Part shown: positions 18,241 through 28,662 of the stretch, in pieces
Layout: each line of letters opens with the position of its first letter
How positions within the stretch are numbered: position 1 is the stretch's first letter
DNA from: Spirochaetia bacterium
GTDB taxonomy: Bacteria; Spirochaetota; Spirochaetia; DSM-2461
Direction: 5' to 3'
Assembly: GCA_963666985.2 (NCBI GenBank)
Contig: CAXXIA010000002.1
Location: 992,001 to 1,056,000 of the forward strand
DNA: 64,000 nt
The notes under the pieces: model-generated
What the model saw: the letters and a program-made list of their open reading frames with translations, nothing else
Told to the model about the DNA's origin: nothing
The model's database searches: none
Position numbers and translations under genes: made by a program

Positions 18241-20035
18241 AATGCACGGTCTGCGCCAAGGATGTTTGCTTGGCGACAAGCAAAAAGGAACCTGCGGGAA
18301 ATATATCCTCAAAAAAGGACAGATCCGAGAAACCTCACCTCACCGATACTTAACGGTCTGTCCCATCTCCATAGAAACCATGCCGATTCTGCACTTCTAC
18401 CCGCAGGCGAAACTTTTGCAAATCACCACAACCGGCTGCAATTTCAACTGCGGCGGCTGTGTTTCCACCTCCTTTGTTCGGGAACTGGACGAAGAGTCCC
18501 CGGCCCTGCGGAACCACACCCCCCAAGAGATCATTGAGAAAGCGATCCGGGAAGAATGCCTGGGGATTACCTTTATGATGAACGACCCCCTGGCCTCCTA
18601 TTTCACCTTTCTGGAGGTGGCCAAAGAGGCAAAAACATCGGGGCTTCTGGTCGGGTGTTCCACCAACGGATATTTTACCGGCGAATCGGCGGAAAGAATC
18701 GCCCCGTATCTGGATTTCGCCAATATCGGAATGAAGGGATTTGATGATGCCGATTACCGGCCATGCGGAGCCGCTTCCGTAACACCCGTTTTGGATACCA
18801 TTCGGCTCTTTCACCAAAAGGGTGTTCATCTTGAACTGTCCTGCATGTATAAGAATGGAAGCGAAGAAGATCTTCTCGGACTGGCAAAATGGACCGCCGG
18901 AATTGATAAAACAATTCCTCTCCAGATTATGCGCTACATGCCCCTTGAAAAAGCCGATAAAAAAGAAGAACCCGGCATTGCCTCCGCGGAACAATTCTGC
19001 CATGAACTTGAAAGCATTCTCGACTATGTCTACCTCTTCAACAGCCCCGGAACGGATCAATTAAACACGTACTGCCCGGAATGCCGAAGCCTTCTCATTC
19101 AGCGCAATTTTTACGGCCCCATGGGCGCGAAAGTAAAACAGCAATTTATTAAAAGAAATCTTTTCTGCCCTCACTGCGGTGAGAAATCACAGATAACTCA
19201 TGCCGCAGAAAGAAAAGATTTCCGGGAAGAAGGCTTTCTGGGAGGCTATCCTTTTACAAGAGCACTGGAAATTGTCGAATCCATTCTCATAGCCATAGGG
19301 ATTACGGAAAAATCACTGGTAGTCCGGATATGGGAATACTTGCTGAGAAATAACGGCCTTGCCTCTTTACATCAGGAGACAAACAGTATTCCTGATTTTA
19401 TCGGTGCCGTCCGCAAATTCGGAGATTTGGGCGGTAAAGATGAAAATGCGGAAAAGCTGGCCCGTTACCTCGAAGATAAAGTACAAGAAATTGCATCTAA
19501 AACAACCGAAATTTCAGAAAAACCCCGCGTGTTATATACTATGGGGAAACCCTGTTTTGCGCTTAATGCGGGACGTTTTGAAAATGCTCTGGTCAGAGCG
19601 GCCGGAGGTATTTCGGTTAACGACAAACTGGACATCAACGGCAGACCGGGAGAAAACATAAGCCCTGAATTCATAAGCTCTTTAAATCCGGATATTATTT
19701 TCGTCTCGGCTTTCTTTTCCAATTCCGCAGAAGAGCTCTATCAGGAGTGCCTGAAAGCGGGAATCAACTGCCGGGCCGTAACAGAAAAAGCAATCTATGA
19801 GCATCCTTATCCCAACATTGATTTCGGCAGTCCCCGATGGATACTGGGACTGATGAATATTGCCGATATTCTTTATCCCGACCTCTTTTCCTATAACATA
19901 TACGAAGAAGCCGTTTCGTTTTACAAAACGTTTTACCATTGTGATTTTCATCCGGAAGAACTGAACCTGTCTTTCGCGAAACCGAATAGAGTCTGGGAAT
20001 GGGATACGAAGTCAATCCATGCGGCAGAGGCGTAG
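18216..20035 (+). CDS. Radical SAM enzyme (AmmeMemoRadiSam/PFL-activase-like) fused to a C-terminal binding-protein lobe; apparent -1 frameshift near 18257
   Basis: CNFNCGGC cluster motif, STNGY, CPEC and CPHC; the C-terminus parallels the neighbouring binding protein. The long ORF is 18242-20035, but the RBS-supported start is ATG 18216 in another frame. Confidence 0.85.
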
Positions 20036-20325
20036 ATCGGAGAATCGATCCGACAAGGCACTTGCAAGAACCATTACCGGAACCCGGCACGGCAGGCACG
20101 GTTTTCGCAACAAAACCGGCCGGGATTCCGGCGATATCACCGTGAATCAAATCTTCACGAAGAGCCGTGTTGTCGATATCTTATATTCCACTCCGTCGGT
20201 ATGAATCATTTTCAGACGGGGTATTTTTTCTCTCAAACAGCGGCCGGAGGAACTTATTCCACCGGCAAAAGGAATTTCGGCATTGTTGCCCGCCCTAAGG
20301 AATTCCGTACCTTAACTTTAAGAGT

Positions 20326-20793
20326 TCAATTCAGCTGCTCAGATAAATATTGATAAAGCTGTGTTCCGTTGTCTCCAAGGATTTCTCTGCCGAGAATATA
20401 TCCTTGTCCGTTCTTGGTATAAATAATAATCATACCGGCGAATCGGTTTAAGAATTTCAGGGAACCATAGCTGATTTCCGATTTCCTTGCTTCCGAAGAT
20501 ATCGTAATCCCGTCGCTGTCAAAGCTTATTACCATATCCTCGGGCATTCTGCCGACGATTCTTCTGCCGCGAAGATAAATAAGTAAGGGCTGAAGAAGCG
20601 GAAACAGCAGAATCCCGAATAAAATCAAACCGCGGAGAAAAGGATTCGCTGCGGACCAGAATCTGACCGCGAGCAGAACCATGGAAACGGTGAATACCAA
20701 ATTAACAACACCCAGCATAGTCCTATAAATATTGACCATGCTAAGAATTAAAAGATTGTAAGGACTGACTTTATACAGAAAACTGTATTTCAT
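20326..20793 (-). CDS. YcxB-like membrane protein
   Basis: Two TM segments then ISFDSDGITI...ISY...F..MIIIY...GYIL; follows dctM. Confidence 0.7.
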   Translation of the reverse strand: MKYSFLYKVSPYNLLILSMVNIYRTMLGVVNLVFTVSMVLLAVRFWSAANPFLRGLILFGILLFPLLQPLLIYLRGRRIVGRMPEDMVISFDSDGITISSEARKSEISYGSLKFLNRFAGMIIIYTKNGQGYILGREILGDNGTQLYQYLSEQLN

Positions 20794-20805
20794 CCCTCTC
20801 CGCCC

Positions 20806-22098
20806 TTACTTGAATAGCCCGGGCAGGAACAAACTGATTGAAGGTATGAAGGTTACCAGCATCAGCGTAACGATCATCAGGATATAAAACGGGAAAGTGG
20901 CCTTCACAACCCTTTCGATGGAAACTTTGCCTACGGCCGAACCGATAAACAGTACGGATCCAACAGGAGGAGTCAACAAACCGATACCGCAATTCAGGAT
21001 AATCATAACGCCGAATTGTATGGGGGATATTCCTATGCTCGTCGCGATCGGCAGAAGTATGGGGGTTGCGATCAGAATAATCGGCGCCATATCCATAATC
21101 ATGCCCAAAATCAGCAGAATAACATTCAACAGGAGGGCAAGAAGAATGGGGCTGCTTGTCAAACCCAGAATGGCTTTCGCCGCCAGAGTCGGAACATTGA
21201 GCCGTGTCAGCAGAAACCCGAAGATGCTGGAAGTGGCAATAAGAATGAGTACGATCGACAGCGTATTCACGGCGCTGTCCAGCACTTTCCATACACCTTT
21301 CCAATCCAGACCTTTATAGATAAAAACACTGACGATCAAACTATAAATAACCGCAATGGCCGCCGATTCGGTGGCGGTGAAAACTCCGCCCACCACACCG
21401 ACGACGACTATGAGTATCGCCGCCAAGGCCCAAAAGGAACGAAAGAGCTGTTTTATCAAATTCAACAGATTAAATTTGTTTCCCTTGGGGTAATTTCTCC
21501 GAACCGAGAAAAAATAAGATCCGATCATCAACGTTCCCGCCAAAATTGCCGCGGGAAGGTAGCCCGCAAGGAAAAGACTTCCAACGGACAGTCCGCCCGC
21601 CGCGGTCGCATAGATAACCATGTTATGGCTGGGAGGAACCAGAAGACCCTCACACGAACTGGTAATGGTTACGGCCGTTGAGAAATCATCGTCATATCCC
21701 TGATCCACCATCATGGGAATCATGATGCTGCCCAAAGAAGCGGTGTCCGCCGCTGCGGAACCGGAAATACCGCCGAAAAAGTATGAGGCAACGATGTTGA
21801 CCATTGCCATACCGCCGCGCATCCAGCCTACGCAGGCATCGGCCAGAGCAATGAGTTTTTCGGAGATTCCTCCGCTGCCCATTAAATAGCCCATGGTAAT
21901 AAAGAACGGCACCGCCATCAGACTGAAGGAACTGATTCCTTTAACCATCTGCTGGGCCACCGTGCTCAGAGGCAGTCCCTGATATAACAGACAAAGGATG
22001 GAGGAAAGCGCCACCGCATAGGCGATGGGGAAACGGATCAGAATAAGAATCAGAAAGCTGCCCAAGAGGACAAGTATAGCCATGCTGTTCACAATCAT
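20806..22098 (-). CDS. dctM: TRAP transporter large permease
   Basis: LMAVPFFI, FFGGISGSAAAD, LVPPS, FTATESAA and IGLLTPPVG motifs. Confidence 0.95.
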   Translation of the reverse strand: MIVNSMAILVLLGSFLILILIRFPIAYAVALSSILCLLYQGLPLSTVAQQMVKGISSFSLMAVPFFITMGYLMGSGGISEKLIALADACVGWMRGGMAMVNIVASYFFGGISGSAAADTASLGSIMIPMMVDQGYDDDFSTAVTITSSCEGLLVPPSHNMVIYATAAGGLSVGSLFLAGYLPAAILAGTLMIGSYFFSVRRNYPKGNKFNLLNLIKQLFRSFWALAAILIVVVGVVGGVFTATESAAIAVIYSLIVSVFIYKGLDWKGVWKVLDSAVNTLSIVLILIATSSIFGFLLTRLNVPTLAAKAILGLTSSPILLALLLNVILLILGMIMDMAPIILIATPILLPIATSIGISPIQFGVMIILNCGIGLLTPPVGSVLFIGSAVGKVSIERVVKATFPFYILMIVTLMLVTFIPSISLFLPGLFK

Positions 22099-22622
22099 GT
22101 TTCGGAGACCTCCCCAAGCACCATCTTTTTTATCTGATTATAAATTGTCTCTATTTCGAATATGACCATGGCGACACCCGCAAGAGGAACGGGGAAGTAC
22201 ATCCAAAACCGGGAGAGGGTTGGAATACTGACATAGTAGCCTCTGGATCCGATTTTCACCGCATATTTCCAGCCGACAAAAATCATGACGAAACCCAGTC
22301 CCATTACGGCGAGGTCCGCAAGCATATCCAATACAACGATAACCTTTTTCGGCAAATACCGATCGAAGGCCGTCATCCTGATATGGGAATTCTTTCGTAT
22401 GGCAAGAGCCGCCGATAATACCGCCATATAAGCCATGCAGGAAAGAACGACTTCTTCACTCCAGGCGGGATCGGGTATAAAAGAAATATAGCGGCCTGTA
22501 ACGGCCATTGCCGTGATGGCAATATCGATTACCAGCAGCATTTTGCAGATAAAGAGAACCCCTTTATCGATTGTGTCGTAAAAAGGTTTGATTTTATCCG
22601 CTATTTGAAAAAACCTTTTCAT
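22095..22622 (-). CDS. dctQ: TRAP transporter small permease
   Basis: Four TM segments; PAWSEE and SHIRMT motifs. Confidence 0.92.
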   Translation of the reverse strand: MKRFFQIADKIKPFYDTIDKGVLFICKMLLVIDIAITAMAVTGRYISFIPDPAWSEEVVLSCMAYMAVLSAALAIRKNSHIRMTAFDRYLPKKVIVVLDMLADLAVMGLGFVMIFVGWKYAVKIGSRGYYVSIPTLSRFWMYFPVPLAGVAMVIFEIETIYNQIKKMVLGEVSET

Positions 22623-22785
22623 TATTACTCCTCATTTATACGAAGGCGGCACAGAGCTTGAATCGCGTCTGTGCCACCTTTGACTTCGGAACCGGTATAA
22701 ACCCTATGTCCAGTACCATTCCTCTGTGCTGTTTCCAATACCGGTTTCCGGCGGTGCCGAAGCATCCGCCGGGAAATGAGGTATT

Positions 22786-23808
22786 CTATTGCATATCAAG
22801 AATCTTCTGATACAAAGCGGCATTGGAAGCGCTTGATTCTTTGATAACCGCGGCACAAGCCTTCTGCCAGGGAGTTACGTCCTTAACCTTAACAACGGTT
22901 GCACCGGCGGCGGCCAATTTTTCCAGAACTTCATTCTCAGCACCTTCGGAGAGCTGTCTGTTGAAAGCGGATGCGATCTTTCCCGCTTCAACGAGAGCTT
23001 CCTGCTGCGACGGGGAAAGTTTGTCCCATGCTTCGTCGGTGATGATAACCTGGATGGCACCGAGAGTATGACCGTCGAGAATCATGTAAGGGGCAACTTC
23101 ATAAAAAGACATACCGTAGTAGTTGGCGATGGGCTGTTCGGCCGCGTCAACAACACCGGCTTGGAGTGCCGAGTAGAGTTCGCTGTAGCTGACAACGGTG
23201 GGATCGGCGCCGATTCCTTGTACCATACCCCGGGCGACGGGATCGTTTGATACACGGATTTTCAGGCCCTTAAGATCGGCCATCGTATTCAAAGGAGTCG
23301 TACCGAAAAAATGCCTGAAACCTTCTTCGCCATAGAACAGACCGCGGATTCCGGTGCCGTTTTCATGGGGTTCAAGAAGGAATTCGGGAGCAAGGTCGCT
23401 GGTTGCGAAATTCCAGAAATGCTCTCTTCCGGCAAAGGTGTAAGGAATAGAGAGAAGCTTTGACTTCTGTCCGCCGTAAGAGGTCAGAGCAAAGGCGGAG
23501 ATTCGGGACATATCGATGGTACCGCCGCCGCCGAGCATGGCATCCAGAACATCGGGCTCCGCACCCAGAACACCGCTGTGCTGAATATCAATGGTAACGG
23601 TTCCGCCGGAAAGTTTTTCAACCTCTTCCTTGAACTTCAAGCCGGTTTTACCCACGATGGTTTCAAGTGAATTAACTTCCGCGTAAACCAAAGTAACCGG
23701 TTTGTCACCGCCGCCGCTCGCCGCTGAAGACTCGCTCCCGCCATTTGCAAATACGGCGGAAGACACCAGAGCCAGCAATGCGATCATCATTAACGCTTTT
23801 GCTTTCAT
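22786..23808 (-). CDS. dctP: TRAP transporter substrate-binding protein
   Basis: AAGGAG RBS before ATG 23808; GFRHF, DLKGLKIRV, ELYSALQAGVVDAAEQP and FYEVAPY motifs. Confidence 0.93.
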   Translation of the reverse strand: MKAKALMMIALLALVSSAVFANGGSESSAASGGGDKPVTLVYAEVNSLETIVGKTGLKFKEEVEKLSGGTVTIDIQHSGVLGAEPDVLDAMLGGGGTIDMSRISAFALTSYGGQKSKLLSIPYTFAGREHFWNFATSDLAPEFLLEPHENGTGIRGLFYGEEGFRHFFGTTPLNTMADLKGLKIRVSNDPVARGMVQGIGADPTVVSYSELYSALQAGVVDAAEQPIANYYGMSFYEVAPYMILDGHTLGAIQVIITDEAWDKLSPSQQEALVEAGKIASAFNRQLSEGAENEVLEKLAAAGATVVKVKDVTPWQKACAAVIKESSASNAALYQKILDMQ

Positions 23809-23971
23809 AAGAAGCTCCTTTTCCAAGTGTTCATTTACGCTTGATGTAAATGATTAATAAATGGTTGTGTGATTTTCCTTGAGCGCGCCTTATGAAAAAT
23901 CCTGAAAATCTTTCCGATTGTACTCAGTTGCTATTGAATTATATAAAATCCTATTAAAATGTATAAAAATC

Positions 23972-25894
23972 TTATGAATTCGGTTTGTTCCGTATTTGAT
24001 TCTTATACTGGGTCGGTGTTAATCCGGTTTCCCTTTTGAATAGGGTACTGAACGAATTCGGAGTTTGAAAACCGACGTCCATGGCTATTTCCGTTACCGG
24101 TTTATCCGTGGAATGAAGCAGTTTTTTGGCTTCGTTCATCCGTACATGGGTAAGATATTCCGAATAGGAATATCCGCTGCTCTTTTTGAATATGGATTTG
24201 AAATAGGATTCACTGATACAGACGGAATCAGCCACATCCTTAACGGAGATAGCCCTGTCGAAATGTTCATCGATATACTTCTTGGCCGATCTGACTATTT
24301 TCTCATATCGGTTTAAATGAGATCGGGTTACCACCTCAATGATTTCCTCGGTCCGTGATTTCAGCCAAGCCGTCAATTGGGTCCGGCTACGGATAATCTC
24401 GGTCTCAGTGAAGTATTGCTCACTTAATCCCAGAAGATCGTCCACGTCGCCTCCGCCTGAAATCGCGGATTCTATCATGGCGCCGAGGAGTTCATAGATA
24501 AGGACTTTCGGCAGTTTGTCGTTTGTACTGCCGTAATGAAAAAGGCGCTGAGAGAGAAGAGGAAGCTGTTCAAGAGCCATTGCGATATCACCGATTCTGA
24601 TGGCCGCAAGAAATACATTTTTTTCATTCAGCGGATACTGCCGACGCACTTCCCCATCCTGAATATCCGAAATGTGAACAACTTGGCTTCCTTCATTCTT
24701 ATTGGCATATTCCAGGGCATTCAATGCCTCATGATAGGATTTCTTCAAATCATCAAGCCCCGAATAACTGCGGCCGATACCGAAATTGAACTGATTCAAC
24801 TCGTCCACCTTTTTTTTCAGGTGCTCACAAATACCGATGGTGCTCATCCGTCCGAAGTCTCCGTCCGACGAATTCGCAAGGCATATGCCCAGCATATCCG
24901 TACCGATGGGAATCAGAATGGATCGGTTCACCCCCAATGTCTGATCCAGGACTCCCGTAACCGCCCTATTCAAGCTATCGTTTTTACTTTGAAATCCGCT
25001 CCTTTTATATTTACCGGTACCCGGCTCTTTCAGCACGATGAACGTATTGATATTTTGAGGAATATTGAGAAGTGCAAACATATCGGAGACCTGCTGATGT
25101 GTGTGGACATCAATGGAAATATCCTGAATAAGGTCTTCCCTGATAAACGCAATAACCTGCTGCATTCTGTACTTGTTTTCTTTGATATCCAGTACAACGC
25201 CGTAACCGAGAAATGATACGCTGAAGAAAGAGCCCAAGTAGTAAATCCACCATTCATGCAGCAATGATCCGAAGAAAAATGTCAGGGCGAAAATCAATTT
25301 TCCCACATTATAAAGAAGCACTCGTTTAAAATTAATATCGCCTTTCCCGGTGCTTTTTCTCACTCTTTGGATCTTATTCACCGAATCCGCGAAAAGGAGA
25401 ATGGCGAGTATCATATAAACCCCGTTGGTAATCTCCCGCCCAAAGTAAGGCGGTGATTTTACCGGAGTTACGGAATCATACGCATTAAGGCTGCCGAGGG
25501 AAAAAATTATCTCGGATCCGGTTGTCGTCAACGTGTTGAATATGCAATATACCGCGCCAAGGATGCTTCCCGCAGCAATCAGAATCCACCCGCGCGGCCT
25601 CTGATTTTTCTCCGGACCGGAAAAATCGGCAAGTATAACCATGGGAATGGTAAGGGCACTGAACACGAAAGAACGAATATTATTGATAATCAAGGGTATG
25701 GGATGAGAACCCGACAGTATCTGAACCGGTCTTCCCAAGAGAAAAAACGCAAAAGAAAACAAAAAAACAATAAAGTACCTTGTGGACTTGGATTTTGAAT
25801 CCTCAATGAAGACAAAATACAAAAAAAGTATAAAAGAGAAGATGGCGGAGAGAACGGGAATCAGAATATTCCCGAATAGAGCTATGAACAGCAT
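23972..25894 (-). CDS. AraC-family regulator with a ~7-TM N-terminus and a central CdaR/YesS-like domain
   Basis: Hydrophobic first ~235 aa; FGIGRSYSGLDDLKKSYHEALNAL; C-terminal ISESYFKSIFKK...IAMDVGF..PNSFSTLFKRETGLTPTQY. Confidence 0.9.
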   Translation of the reverse strand: MLFIALFGNILIPVLSAIFSFILFLYFVFIEDSKSKSTRYFIVFLFSFAFFLLGRPVQILSGSHPIPLIINNIRSFVFSALTIPMVILADFSGPEKNQRPRGWILIAAGSILGAVYCIFNTLTTTGSEIIFSLGSLNAYDSVTPVKSPPYFGREITNGVYMILAILLFADSVNKIQRVRKSTGKGDINFKRVLLYNVGKLIFALTFFFGSLLHEWWIYYLGSFFSVSFLGYGVVLDIKENKYRMQQVIAFIREDLIQDISIDVHTHQQVSDMFALLNIPQNINTFIVLKEPGTGKYKRSGFQSKNDSLNRAVTGVLDQTLGVNRSILIPIGTDMLGICLANSSDGDFGRMSTIGICEHLKKKVDELNQFNFGIGRSYSGLDDLKKSYHEALNALEYANKNEGSQVVHISDIQDGEVRRQYPLNEKNVFLAAIRIGDIAMALEQLPLLSQRLFHYGSTNDKLPKVLIYELLGAMIESAISGGGDVDDLLGLSEQYFTETEIIRSRTQLTAWLKSRTEEIIEVVTRSHLNRYEKIVRSAKKYIDEHFDRAISVKDVADSVCISESYFKSIFKKSSGYSYSEYLTHVRMNEAKKLLHSTDKPVTEIAMDVGFQTPNSFSTLFKRETGLTPTQYKNQIRNKPNS

Positions 25895-25963
25895 ATTGCT
25901 ATTAATATAGCATGGAATGCGAAGCTTAGAAAAAAGGTGTTATATGAAGTAATCTCAAGAATA

Positions 25964-28582
25964 TCAACATTCTTCAATCCCGTTCGTAGCCGAGGGTTCG
26001 AGAATTTCTCCGGACTTCAATTTACCCCGCCCGATCAATATCGCCAGATCGACTAAATTTCGAGGCAGGCCGAATCCGCCTTGGACGGCCAGATAGCGAG
26101 ATTTCCATTCGGGATCGAATTTCTCCTTGTAATTCCGCAATCCCTGGAAATTGTAAAAATTCTCTCCGTGGTGAAACAGCGCGGCGCCGAAACGGTTCCA
26201 TAGGGGAGCCAGCGTAACATCCGGAATCCCGGAGAACGGTGCCATGCCCAGATTGAAGCGCTCGAATCCCGACTCTTTCGCCCACATCATGATCTTCAGA
26301 AACAGAAAATCCATAACGCTCGGCGGGGCGCTGTCGCTATAGCGCATCAAGTCGATGGATATTTCTTTAAAAACCTCGGATTCCCACAGGTTGCTGAACG
26401 CCATTATCCGCCCCGAGGAATCCCTGATTACGGCGGTTCGGAAATGAGAAAGGTAGATCTCGTCGAAATATCCCAGCGAAAAGCCTTTCTCCCGGACATT
26501 TTTATTCTTAAGCCACTCGTCGGATACTCTCCGAAGATTCCCAAGAGCTTCTACGGTTTTTTCAGCATTCAAAACTTCAAATGCGAAGCCCTCTCTGGTC
26601 AAACGATTAATCGTATTCCTGAAAGAAGATCGTTCCCCTCCGGCCAGAGAAAAAGGAATGAGGTTCAATACGGCCGCTTCACCGATTTTATAGATCGTAT
26701 AGCCGAATTCAATGTAGAGCGGAAGGTTGCGTTCGGAAATCTGATAGAATAAAGCATGAGCATCGTCCGCATGCGCGGCGGTTCTGAATTTCACGATTAA
26801 TTCCCGAACGGCGGCATCCGATCCGACGGGATCGCCCATCGAAACCCAAGTTTTCCCGCTGACGCCGTACATGATGAACCCTTCGGGAGTCGTTCCTTCC
26901 CGACGTTCATCCGTATTCGCGAACAAAAACCGTTTATCCGGCAAAAGCGACAGAGAAGATTCACACCCGCCCCATTGCGTCCGCAGCTGCCGTACAACCA
27001 CGCGTTCCGCTTCGGTGGCTACGGCCGGCCCGCCTCCCCCTTTCCTCAGAGATACAAGAAGTGAAATAACAAAGAGGAAAACAGCGGAACCGAGGGTCGC
27101 TCTGAGGAACCGGGAAGCATCGGAAGAAAAACCGAATTGCCAGAACAATTCATGCGTATATTCCACGTGCTTATAAGAAAACATCCCGATCCAGAATCCG
27201 GAAATCAGCATAATGGCCACGAGAAGGAACCAAGCGGGAGAAAGAACATCGGAGGTGATTCGGGATTTCCGATAGAAATACTTTCGGCACGGAATCAGCA
27301 ACAGAAAAAATACCGCCAAAACCGCGGCTTCTTCATAATCCAAACCTTTCAGCAGCGAAAATAAAATTCCGGAAACGTAGACGGCTAATGTCGCATAGTA
27401 CGACAATCGCGTTCTGTTCAATATACCGAGAGCCAGAACCATAAGGAGAACCCCGCTTAGGCTTCCGAGGAAATGAGAGGCTTCCATAACCGGAAACGGA
27501 ATCATGAGTTTTATCCACTTCATCCGTTCCGGAAGCGCCGGTATCGTCCCGGAAATCGTCAGGATACTCCCCCCGATAAACGTCAGTATCGCCATAACGG
27601 TCGGCAGGAAACTCGACATCAGATTCCCGACGGCTCCGAGAGTCCGTCTCGTTTTATCCCCGGCCAAGAAAAGCTCATGAAGCAGGAACAGAATTGCACC
27701 AACCGCCAAAGGAACCAGATAATAAACAAATCTGAACAGCAGCAGTGATGAAAAAAGCAGACTGCTGTCGGTCCGTCCCGCCAGAAGGGCCAGAATCAGA
27801 GATTCAAAAATACCGATACCGCCGGGAATATTACTGAACACCGCCAGGGTTTGAGCGAGAATAAAGGCACTGAAAAACTCAAGGAATCCGATATGAAGCG
27901 ATGAGGGAAGAAGCATGTAGAGAGACAAACCGGCCATAAGCCAGTCGGTCATGCTGAAAAGAATCTGAAAGGGCAGCATTTTCGGCGAGGGTATGGGAAA
28001 AAGATGGCCTTTAATCCGTATAGGTTCCCGCCGTACGAGAATAACGCAGACATAGGCAATCAAAATCATGCCGAAAAGGATTCCCAGCGGCAGGGTTGAA
28101 TGAAAAGGGAAACTCGACGTCTCGGGAACGGTATGAGGCGGCAAAACCAGAATCCCGGATGATACCGAGAAAAGGCCAACCCAGAATGTCAGAAATCCGT
28201 ATCCGATGACTCTGACGATTTCGACGGTGGACAACCCCTGAGCCGAATAGAACCGGTATCGAACGGCGCTTCCGGACAAACCGGAAAAACCGATGTTGTT
28301 TCCGAAAACATAACTGACAAACGAGGTCAACGCCACGGAGCGATACCGAATATGCTTCCCCGAATACCGAACGCCGAGCCAGTCGAAACCGGTCAGCGCC
28401 GTATAGGAAAACATGGCGGCCGCCAAGGATAAAAGGAAACGACATCCCGGGATGCTGCGGATTCCCGTCAGGATGTCCTTCAGACCGTAGGGCCGTAATT
28501 CGTTGTAAATGGAACGGGCGGCCAGAAAAAACAGAACCGGTATGATGATCAGAATCAATACGGAACGCCATTTTATTTTCAT
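25964..28582 (-). CDS. mprF: Bifunctional aminoacyl-phosphatidylglycerol flippase/synthase
   Basis: RYRFYS, PGGIGIFE, SHFLGS, KGLDYEEA, MGDPVG, REKGFSLG, IDLMR, FNLGMAP and YNFQGLRNYKEKFDPEW motifs. Confidence 0.96.
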   Translation of the reverse strand: MKIKWRSVLILIIIPVLFFLAARSIYNELRPYGLKDILTGIRSIPGCRFLLSLAAAMFSYTALTGFDWLGVRYSGKHIRYRSVALTSFVSYVFGNNIGFSGLSGSAVRYRFYSAQGLSTVEIVRVIGYGFLTFWVGLFSVSSGILVLPPHTVPETSSFPFHSTLPLGILFGMILIAYVCVILVRREPIRIKGHLFPIPSPKMLPFQILFSMTDWLMAGLSLYMLLPSSLHIGFLEFFSAFILAQTLAVFSNIPGGIGIFESLILALLAGRTDSSLLFSSLLLFRFVYYLVPLAVGAILFLLHELFLAGDKTRRTLGAVGNLMSSFLPTVMAILTFIGGSILTISGTIPALPERMKWIKLMIPFPVMEASHFLGSLSGVLLMVLALGILNRTRLSYYATLAVYVSGILFSLLKGLDYEEAAVLAVFFLLLIPCRKYFYRKSRITSDVLSPAWFLLVAIMLISGFWIGMFSYKHVEYTHELFWQFGFSSDASRFLRATLGSAVFLFVISLLVSLRKGGGGPAVATEAERVVVRQLRTQWGGCESSLSLLPDKRFLFANTDERREGTTPEGFIMYGVSGKTWVSMGDPVGSDAAVRELIVKFRTAAHADDAHALFYQISERNLPLYIEFGYTIYKIGEAAVLNLIPFSLAGGERSSFRNTINRLTREGFAFEVLNAEKTVEALGNLRRVSDEWLKNKNVREKGFSLGYFDEIYLSHFRTAVIRDSSGRIMAFSNLWESEVFKEISIDLMRYSDSAPPSVMDFLFLKIMMWAKESGFERFNLGMAPFSGIPDVTLAPLWNRFGAALFHHGENFYNFQGLRNYKEKFDPEWKSRYLAVQGGFGLPRNLVDLAILIGRGKLKSGEILEPSATNGIEEC

Positions 28583-28662
28583 TCCGCGATACCCCGTTCC
28601 TCATCATTCATTCCGGAAAAACCGGACAGATCCATTCTCAAAGGGACTCCTCCGATAGGACG

